Below, piece after piece: positions 7,205 through 13,129 of a stretch of DNA of 13,202 nt. The stretch covers positions 1-13,202 of the IMG/VR virus record IMGVR_UViG_3300045988_115487; one strand, 5' to 3'. This DNA comes from a virus. The translations under genes and the position numbers were made by a program. Within the stretch, counting starts at the first letter, position 1; each line of letters starts with the position of its first letter. The notes beneath the pieces were generated by a model. It was given only the letters and a program-made list of their open reading frames with translations. It did not search any database and was not told the origin of the DNA.

Positions 7205-7233
7205 AGAGTATCACATCTTGAAATAATTGTCAA
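7205..7233 (-). promoter_or_regulatory. Putative late promoter P3 (TTGACA-N14-TGa-TACTCT)
   Basis: There is a perfect -35 TTGACA (7233-7228), a 17-nt spacer ending in an extended -10 TG, and a weak -10 TACTCT (7210-7205). The discriminator atcgttGTA matches P1 and P2. The spacer contains the ATPase stop codon. Confidence 0.5.
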
Positions 7234-8266
7234 GTAAATATTTTGATTCAATATCAGAAAAACTTACTAACCCGTCAAGGTACATCCCCCAGACCCATAT
7301 GAACTTGTGTCGGAAAGCGATTAAATCTCTTGTTGATGTGGAATAAGTAATTTGTGGCGAACCCTGTAAGTGTTGTGTGATATACAATTTTTCCTTGCTT
7401 TTATGGGTGTATACGGTTATTTCACCGACTGTCACAATGGGGACGTACTCGTTTATTGGCTCTGATTTGATATCCGAATAATCCTCTGCATAAAAATCAT
7501 TCTGGATTGACATCTTGTAAAAATCGCTGTCTTTGCCAACCATTTTGTATACCGCTGTCTCAGATTTTGCCTGTGAAATCGGGGAGTTGGCAAGATTGAT
7601 AAGGATAATACCTCTATCAGGCAGATAGCTGAATTCCTGCCCTGTTTTATGCATATCAGTGACTTTACGGATTAATCCTAGTTTTGCAAATATATCACAG
7701 TTTGCGTTTTCGCTATTTGACGCACATATGAGCTGTAAAGGTTTTTCCCCCACAAGCTCTCGATTTCGGTTTATGGTTTCATATCCATTTAATAGCGCAA
7801 TCGTGGCGTTTTTCAACTGAGGCTCCGTCTTTTCTGGAATAAATTCATCGTAAAACATCAACTCAACGTCTGCCGCTCCGAAACCTCTTAAATTGGATAT
7901 CGTGCCAAGTGCCGCGGAATAGCCAAGTGGTTCCCCTGAGTTTGTATATTTTTTTGTTTTCTCATCAAATTTTGTATCATAAAAACCTGAGTACATTTTG
8001 TTAATTGGTGACGGTGTAATGCGTCTACCGCAGTCCGCGTTATATTGCTTAAATGGGTTGAATTGTGGTGTGCGAATCATATCTATTTGAGTTTGGCGAG
8101 TTCGTAGGTAAATAAATTTTTTATTATTTTCCACGGCGTGTTTCAAAATACCGTATGTTTTTCCTGTTCCTCTGCCACCCCATATAAAGATGAAAGGACA
8201 CCCTGTTTCCAAGATGCCCTTTATATTCACATAACCGTTACTGTCGTACATTTCAGGTTTTTTCAT
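7211..8266 (-). CDS. DNA packaging (encapsidation) ATPase, phi29 gp16-like
   Basis: 351 aa. Walker A is FIWGGRGTGKTY (nt 8156-8179), versus gp16 FVIGARGIGKSY. Further matches are FIYLRTRQ (gp16 FIYVRRY), Walker B LMFYDEFIPE (gp16 IVFDEFIRE) and TINRNRELVGEKPLQLICASNSEN (gp16 TVFRNRERVRCICLSNAVS). The ATG overlaps the upstream stop (ATGA). Confidence 0.9.
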   Translation of the reverse strand: MKKPEMYDSNGYVNIKGILETGCPFIFIWGGRGTGKTYGILKHAVENNKKFIYLRTRQTQIDMIRTPQFNPFKQYNADCGRRITPSPINKMYSGFYDTKFDEKTKKYTNSGEPLGYSAALGTISNLRGFGAADVELMFYDEFIPEKTEPQLKNATIALLNGYETINRNRELVGEKPLQLICASNSENANCDIFAKLGLIRKVTDMHKTGQEFSYLPDRGIILINLANSPISQAKSETAVYKMVGKDSDFYKMSIQNDFYAEDYSDIKSEPINEYVPIVTVGEITVYTHKSKEKLYITQHLQGSPQITYSTSTRDLIAFRHKFIWVWGMYLDGLVSFSDIESKYLLDNYFKM

Positions 8267-8619
8267 TTCACGTATCCTGCAACAAGGAAGTCCCTGCCAC
8301 GCTGTGATTTTTTGAAAAATACAGATACTTTTCTGAAGTCCTCACCGCATTTTTCTGCCATTGTGATGATACGCTCGAAAGACTGAATGAATGAGGCTGA
8401 GGTTGTCACGAAAACTGTATCCGTTTTCACTTCTTCGATTGACAGAGTTTTTACCACTTCACCCTTTGCGTTCACATCTTCCACAATAGCGTAGTAGCCA
8501 AACTCAACAGTTGTTCCGGCGGCGTTGGAAAGACGGATTCTGCCCTCATCTTCGAACATTTTGAACATTAATTCCATTGTGTACTCATTTTCCTTGATGT
8601 TTGTTTTGATAATTTTCAT
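8263..8619 (-). CDS. Putative ssDNA-binding protein (phi29 p5-like)
   Basis: 118 aa, versus 124 aa for p5. AGGAG RBS. The C-terminal half (TDTVFVTTSASFIQSFERII...FRKVSVFFKKSQRGRDFLV) follows the same pattern as my recollection of p5 (DGSLYSAISKTVAEAASDLI...FKVKVVQGTSSKGNVFFSL). It lies in the replication module. Confidence 0.4.
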   Translation of the reverse strand: MKIIKTNIKENEYTMELMFKMFEDEGRIRLSNAAGTTVEFGYYAIVEDVNAKGEVVKTLSIEEVKTDTVFVTTSASFIQSFERIITMAEKCGEDFRKVSVFFKKSQRGRDFLVAGYVK

Positions 8620-8655
8620 GCTGTTTTCTCCTTTTTTCTTTTATGCTGTTTTTCT

Positions 8656-8871
8656 CTACTTTCCATAGTGTACAAATTCAGCCTCTGTCATGGATGCTTT
8701 CACAACCTCTGTATCCATAGACACTTTTACAGCTTTTACTCCTGTCTCAGCTTCATAAGATTTTTTAATCTTTGTAGCTGTTACATTTGCACCGTAGTAG
8801 GTTTTTTCAACAGTCTGTCCGTTTTCGTCTGTAATCTTTGCTGTTACTTTCTCAATGCTTCTTGTAATCAT
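8656..8871 (-). CDS. Putative dsDNA-binding, histone-like protein (phi29 p6-like)
   Basis: 71 aa with an AGGAG RBS; it is the first gene after promoter P2. ITRSIEKVTAKI...GANVTATKIKKSYEAETGVKAVKVSMDTEVVKASMTEAEF parallels recalled p6 (ITKTTVNVAKMV...GNLTMEQAQWRMKRKYKGEPVQVVSVEPNTEVYELPVEKF). It lacks the acidic C-terminal tail of p6. Confidence 0.4.
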   Translation of the reverse strand: MITRSIEKVTAKITDENGQTVEKTYYGANVTATKIKKSYEAETGVKAVKVSMDTEVVKASMTEAEFVHYGK

Positions 8872-8916
8872 GTTTTCAACTCCTTTTTATTTTGTTTTGT
8901 TTTTTGTTACAAGTAT

Positions 8917-8945
8917 ATAATAGCATATGTGAACGTGTATGTCAA
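8917..8945 (-). promoter_or_regulatory. Promoter P2 (TTGACA-N14-TGc-TATTAT)
   Basis: There is a perfect -35 TTGACA (8945-8940) whose TGA is the polymerase stop codon. A 17-nt spacer with an extended -10 TG follows, then -10 TATTAT (8922-8917). After that comes atacttGTAAC and an A-rich leader running to the AGGAG RBS of the 71-aa gene. Confidence 0.7.
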
Positions 8946-11053
8946 GCCTTTTCTTTAGTATTTTTTAAAAAATCGTGCCATAAGTCAACACTATTAAGAA
9001 CGTTTAAATATTCCAGTGTAAGCCCTACTGTATATTCAGAGGGTCGTATAACTACATTTCTGGTGATATACACGCTCTTGTCAGGGTTGGCAGGGTCTGG
9101 ACTATAATAGCCATAGTCTGTATCATTATAAACGGATTCCGTGCCACCTGCATCCCTGAATGTGGTTCCGATTTTCAGAGCTTCCAGACCACCCATTTTT
9201 TGCAGTTCCACCGCACCTTTTTCCTTTTCCACACCTGCTATTGTGATTTTGAGTCTACCGTTTTTTTCCTGCGCGTATTTTTTTGCACCTAGTGTAATAA
9301 ATCTATCCGACGTGCCCTCATATTCATACACGCCTAAATAATGTTCCACGCCTTTTGGGTCTGAAGCATGACCGCCATTATCTATGGAATCCTCCTTTAA
9401 TCGGATATTCAGTTCATCAAATTTATCCTTGATTTTGGGGTAACGCTCCGTCATCAATATTTTACATGAATCGGTATCACAATAAACAAAATCCTCGCCC
9501 GCGATGTTTACGGCAAGCTTGAGTCTCTGTCTGGCATGAGCAGTTACCCAACACCCCCACGCATACAGCATGAACGCTCTTTTGTTGTATTTCGCTAACT
9601 TTTCCGCTGTATCCCCATCCTCAACTGAAAACGGCTTGTCAGTGTTACTGTAAATAATATCAGGCTTGACCGGGTTTTGTGCCGCCATGCCATATAACGC
9701 ATTTATCAACTCTTTTGCTAGAGCGTATTCAAACTCCTTCCCTTTTACACCTTTTAAAGATGTTTTATCTGTAAACAAACTTTTCACTAGTTCCCTCAGA
9801 GATTCTGGTAGATAACCATATCCCGCTGTATAAAAATCTGTAAGTTCTGCCGTATCCCAGACGTATTCACCTTTTACAATCCCAAAATCGATATCATTTA
9901 GAGTGCATGAGTATTCACGTGCTGAGAGCAAGCGTCCGTTGTCCCAAACAGATTCGGTGCTTATGCAATACCCCTTATCTTTTGTCAGATAAGGCGCACC
10001 GTAATATACATCTTTTTGCCTGATATTTCGGAAATGGAACCGCCCCACGTATGCCTTGTGAAATTTTGTCCACCTTTCGAGGTCGTCCATACCGCAATTT
10101 CCCTGCCGCACAAATTTTGTCATTGGAAATTCGCAATTAAGCATAACGTCCGGATAAGAGCTTGCCCGGTCGAATGACGCAACGTTGTTGAGTATTTTTC
10201 CAACGTGATACCTGTTTGCATGCGTGTCACCACCCCTGAACTCTTCTCTGAGTAACGTGTATAAGCTCGTGTCACACATCATATTATGCAGTTTTTTATA
10301 ATTGTACTGTTTCATAGCTTGCCTTGCTTCTCTTCTGACATAGCCAGTAGAGGTTAATGGGAGAGTGTATAAGGTATCGTTATTATCCGTCAATCGTTTA
10401 TGCATTGCCTGTAATAATCCTATCACATCGTTACACCCGTATTCAATTTCCCTAGTTGATAATTCTGTCCACGGGTAACGTTGTTTATTATAATCAAAAT
10501 CTTTCAGCTTCTGATTCTCTACCCCACTATCACTCAAAAACTTGTCAAGACTTTTGTGCGTTTGCATATACGTACACCGGAACTCTAAATTCCCTTGCAT
10601 ATGATTTCCTGCTCTTATTCTGAGTATTTTACGAGGTTTGAGCGCAAACACCTCTTCTGGCTTTATTTCTATGTGTGAACGCAAAAACTGAAATTCGTAT
10701 GACAGGTTGTGCACAAAAGTCATTGTAATAAGGTGTTCATCTTCAATGCCTGTAAACAGTTCTTCGAGTTCGTCCCAATTTCTGCCGTACACGCATATTA
10801 TCTCATTATCGTCTAGTAATACGGCAAACTGCCATAAATACATAATGCTCTGTTCGATTCCAGAAAGTCGTGTAGTTTCAATGTCAAAAGCGCATATGCA
10901 ATTTCGGTACGACTGCTTTGCGAAGCGTTGTTTTCCTCTCATGTTAGGAGTTCTGTATATCTTCTGTATTCTATGTATCAATTCTTCTCTTTGCTTTTTG
11001 CCACTCCCTATACTGATTGAGTAATTCATCACCAGATTTTTCACCTCTATCAA
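8942..11053 (-). CDS. Protein-primed family-B DNA polymerase (phi29-type)
   Basis: Exo I is CAFDIETT (nt 10871-10888), Exo II HNLSYEFQFL and Exo III YGCNDVIGL. Motif A is FDRASSYPDVM, motif B KELINALYGMAAQNP and motif C FVYCDTDS (DTDS at nt 9467-9478). A KxY-like motif GAKKYAQE is also present. The motif B to motif C spacing (~79 aa) and the VTAHAR segment parallel phi29, which carries a TPR2-type insertion there. The track start at 11053 is a TTG. A GTG at 11032 (9 nt after GAGGTG) or the ATG at 11029 is the more likely start. Confidence 0.96.
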   Translation of the reverse strand: MIEVKNLVMNYSISIGSGKKQREELIHRIQKIYRTPNMRGKQRFAKQSYRNCICAFDIETTRLSGIEQSIMYLWQFAVLLDDNEIICVYGRNWDELEELFTGIEDEHLITMTFVHNLSYEFQFLRSHIEIKPEEVFALKPRKILRIRAGNHMQGNLEFRCTYMQTHKSLDKFLSDSGVENQKLKDFDYNKQRYPWTELSTREIEYGCNDVIGLLQAMHKRLTDNNDTLYTLPLTSTGYVRREARQAMKQYNYKKLHNMMCDTSLYTLLREEFRGGDTHANRYHVGKILNNVASFDRASSYPDVMLNCEFPMTKFVRQGNCGMDDLERWTKFHKAYVGRFHFRNIRQKDVYYGAPYLTKDKGYCISTESVWDNGRLLSAREYSCTLNDIDFGIVKGEYVWDTAELTDFYTAGYGYLPESLRELVKSLFTDKTSLKGVKGKEFEYALAKELINALYGMAAQNPVKPDIIYSNTDKPFSVEDGDTAEKLAKYNKRAFMLYAWGCWVTAHARQRLKLAVNIAGEDFVYCDTDSCKILMTERYPKIKDKFDELNIRLKEDSIDNGGHASDPKGVEHYLGVYEYEGTSDRFITLGAKKYAQEKNGRLKITIAGVEKEKGAVELQKMGGLEALKIGTTFRDAGGTESVYNDTDYGYYSPDPANPDKSVYITRNVVIRPSEYTVGLTLEYLNVLNSVDLWHDFLKNTKEKA

Positions 11054-11429
11054 TAAACAACTCTAGCGCTTTTGTGCTGTCATATACTCTCCCAAGCGAA
11101 TAATCACGAACGGACTCCATGAACTCACCAAACTCATTGAGTTCTTTATAGGTTTTAAATTTGACCCCCAACTCTTCAAGTTTTGCCATTTTCCGTCTGG
11201 CAATTCTCCTTTGTCCCGAGACGCTGTATAAATCAGATTTCTCAGCGTGTTCTAAGGCAGACAATGCGCCCCGTCTCTGGCGGGCGGTCACTATCTGACT
11301 TTCAGGTGGTAGTTGTTGTAGCATATACTGTATATCATTCTTTGCACCCATTCCAAAATTTCGGTTTTGGGCTAAGACTTTTAGTTTTCTTATCACCTTT
11401 GTGCGCCGTTTTGCGTAATCTGTCGTCAT
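10971..11429 (-). CDS. Candidate terminal protein (basic, helical; function unproven)
   Basis: 152 aa with a GGAGG RBS. It lies immediately upstream of the polymerase gene and overlaps it by ~60 nt, the position of phi29 gene 3. It is Lys/Arg-rich and predicted helical. I recognise no sequence similarity to known terminal proteins, and it is shorter than they are (~230-270 aa). Confidence 0.3.
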   Translation of the reverse strand: MTTDYAKRRTKVIRKLKVLAQNRNFGMGAKNDIQYMLQQLPPESQIVTARQRRGALSALEHAEKSDLYSVSGQRRIARRKMAKLEELGVKFKTYKELNEFGEFMESVRDYSLGRVYDSTKALELFIDRGEKSGDELLNQYREWQKAKRRIDT

Positions 11430-11737
11430 GACACTATGTCCTCCATTTCGTGAATATGCCCCAAGTGAAACATTATCGCAGAACGGCTCAGTACTCGCGC
11501 TTTGCTCATATTACACTGTCTTGCCAATTTCTCCACTTCCCTGTATGTTCTGTCTGTGAGATATACGCTTGTGTTATATTTCGGCATAACTCGAGGGGAT
11601 ACTATAACCCGAGAACCTATGTCGCCGAACTCTGAAACAAAGTACACGGCGTGCTCCAAGTATTCACTCACGGTTGTCCCATATTCTTCTGACCAATTGT
11701 ATATTCTGATATCTAGACGGAGTGATAATTTTCTCAT
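11426..11737 (-). CDS. Tandem ribbon-helix-helix (CopG/Arc-like) DNA-binding protein, putative transcription regulator
   Basis: 103 aa with two RHH-like units in one chain. Unit 1 is KLSLRLD-IRIYNWSEEYG-TT-VSEYLEHAVYFV (aa 3-34). Unit 2 is TSVYLTD-RTYREVEKLARQCN-MS-KARVLSRSAIMFHL (aa 56-92). The start and the stop each share an ATGA overlap with the adjacent gene. Confidence 0.5.
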   Translation of the reverse strand: MRKLSLRLDIRIYNWSEEYGTTVSEYLEHAVYFVSEFGDIGSRVIVSPRVMPKYNTSVYLTDRTYREVEKLARQCNMSKARVLSRSAIMFHLGHIHEMEDIVS

Positions 11738-11895
11738 TGTTTTCTATCCTTTCGATCCTGTTTTCTTCTACGTTTTTCTTTCCGTCTATTTTCTCTGCCC
11801 ATTTCGTCTGTTGTGCCTAAGATATAACCTGAAACAAACATTATCACAAAAGTTATTAACAGACACATTGTGTCACTCATAGTTGTTGCTATCAT
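11734..11895 (-). CDS. Small early membrane protein with a polybasic C-terminal tail
   Basis: The ATG at 11895 sits 6 nt after GGAGGT, so the track start at 11934 is less likely. The 53-aa product has one TM segment (TMCLLITFVIMFVSGYILG) and a tail GRENRRKEKRRRKQDRKDRKQ. Confidence 0.5.
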   Translation of the reverse strand: MIATTMSDTMCLLITFVIMFVSGYILGTTDEMGRENRRKEKRRRKQDRKDRKQ

Positions 11896-11899
11896 TTTG

Positions 11900-12466
11900 C
11901 TACCTCCAATAAATATTTCTCTCATCACTATCACTAATCAAGAACACGTCGTCATATTCGGTATACTTATTCACATTCCCATCATGAAACAAAATACTAA
12001 TTCCGTTCTCTTCCACTTTCAAAAACCTCACATTTCTTTTAAATCCGTTTATATAAACAGTTTCCCCAAAATACCCTTTTTTAATCTTTCGGAATAGCTC
12101 TTTCAAATCATGATTAAAATCAATAATTAAACTGTGAATACCCGTATATTTGATTTCAGCGGTTAGACCGTAAAACTCAATTCCAGTTTCTCCTAGAATA
12201 GCGTCCTCACCTGCAAATTCGACAAAACCATTGATTGTAACTAGAGTGTCTTTAACCACGATAGCTTTTTTAAGCTCTTCTAACTCATCAACAGGCTCAA
12301 TAGGTACTAGACATGTATCTTCAATTCTTGATATGTCATTAAATAATGAAGCGTTGTAGCGTATGGAACCGTCTGAAAACCTATGGAAACTATACTTGCC
12401 ATTTTTGTTCATATATTCATCAAGCTCCTGAGTGTGTCTTATTATTAATTCGATTGTATCTGCCAT
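11900..12466 (-). CDS. Early protein of unknown function (acidic, internally duplicated)
   Basis: 188 aa with an AAGGAG RBS (5-nt spacer). Two related segments are present: TLVTINGFVEF...GIEFYG...IKYT and ETVYINGFKRN...GISILFH...NKYT. I recognise no family. Confidence 0.6.
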   Translation of the reverse strand: MADTIELIIRHTQELDEYMNKNGKYSFHRFSDGSIRYNASLFNDISRIEDTCLVPIEPVDELEELKKAIVVKDTLVTINGFVEFAGEDAILGETGIEFYGLTAEIKYTGIHSLIIDFNHDLKELFRKIKKGYFGETVYINGFKRNVRFLKVEENGISILFHDGNVNKYTEYDDVFLISDSDERNIYWR

Positions 12467-12516
12467 TTATGCTCCTTTTCTCCCCGTTGTGCCGGTAGGA
12501 CAGCTTATTTCAATGT

Positions 12517-12753
12517 TTATCTGATACTACAACAAATTTTTACTTCTGCATAAGGAACACTAGCCACGATTCTTTTGCTACGGTCATATATAAACAATTC
12601 TTCCATATCGTCATCAAAATTTAATTTTACTCTATCAAAGAAGAAAAATAAGCCGTTTATAAAAACGCCACAAGAAGCACCATGATAACCTGTTCTAAAA
12701 ACTTTATTAAGCTCTCTAATTTTTTTGATGAAATATTTTTTATTTTTTTTCAT
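12517..12753 (-). CDS. First early protein, unknown function
   Basis: The track start (12774) is a TTG. The ATG at 12753 is preceded by AAAGGGG (7-nt spacer), giving a 78-aa, Lys-rich N-terminus (MKKNKKYFIKKIRELNK). No family recognised. Confidence 0.5.
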   Translation of the reverse strand: MKKNKKYFIKKIRELNKVFRTGYHGASCGVFINGLFFFFDRVKLNFDDDMEELFIYDRSKRIVASVPYAEVKICCSIR

Positions 12754-12777
12754 TTTCGTACCCCTTTCACTCAATTT

Positions 12778-13045
12778 CAGGGAATAGTACTGAGTCCTCT
12801 CGCTCGCTTAATTCATCCGCTTCACAGCTAAATCAAGGATTAACGTCTAACTTGGCATTAGCTGGTGATTTTCTACTAAGTATCACCACTGTGCGTCATT
12901 GTCCTACTGCTCTCACTTTCTTTAAGTCCTTTACCGGGTACTTATTCTTCACACGCTCATTCCGATTTGTATCGGCATAACTGCCATGTTACTAACGTGT
13001 AGCCCTATGGGTTCCCGATCTTTCCTGCTTTCTATTCCCTGTTAC
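12778..13045 (-). ncRNA. ~270-nt structured untranslated leader / candidate non-coding RNA downstream of P1
   Basis: There is no ORF longer than 12 codons and no RBS between P1 and the first gene. CAGGGAAUAG (13041-13032, 4 nt from the predicted +1) is perfectly complementary to CUAUUCCCUG (12787-12778, just upstream of the first RBS). Internal hairpins include UGGUGAU-N13-AUCACCA (about 12864-12890) and CCGAU-ACAA-AUCGG (12962-12975). Confidence 0.4.
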
Positions 13046-13051
13046 AATTAT

Positions 13052-13080
13052 ATAATACCACACTTATACCACAATGTCAA
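13052..13080 (-). promoter_or_regulatory. Early promoter P1 (TTGACA-N14-TGg-TATTAT)
   Basis: There is a perfect -35 TTGACA (13080-13075), a 17-nt spacer with an extended -10 TG, and -10 TATTAT (13057-13052), followed by ataattGTAAC. It is the first promoter inside the right ITR. A weaker upstream candidate exists (TATACA-17-TATAAT, 13093-13121). Confidence 0.75.
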
Positions 13081-13129
13081 TAGTTTTTTATAATTATACC
13101 GCATTTTATTGTCTGTGTATAGCGCACAG

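Noticed and set aside
10971-11053. Programmed frameshift fusing the 152-aa ORF to the polymerase (and similarly connector to collar at 2053..2114)
   Set aside because: The downstream frames are +1. I see no slippery heptamer or stimulatory structure in the overlaps. Independent start codons with RBS-like sequences exist for the downstream genes.
14-12097. All plus-strand ORFs in the track (14..226, 249..572, 1660..1863, 2138..2422, 3005..3256, 3246..3437, 3845..4153, 5366..5740, 5425..5772, 5794..6045, 6738..6974, 8138..8386, 8668..8958, 8892..9107, 9141..9341, 10707..11024, 11183..11431, 11450..11635, 11502..11882, 11870..12097)
   Set aside because: Each lies antisense inside a well-supported minus-strand gene. 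None has a convincing RBS, and their composition is low-complexity (Ser/Phe/Leu/Cys-rich), as expected for shadow ORFs. ORF 14..226 also starts inside the ITR.
13093-13121. Additional upstream promoter P0 (TATACA-17-TATAAT) next to the right ITR
   Set aside because: It has a good -10 but a poor -35, and it lacks both the extended -10 TG spacing and the ttGTA start context shared by P1, P2 and P3. It is possibly real but is not supported well enough to list as a feature.
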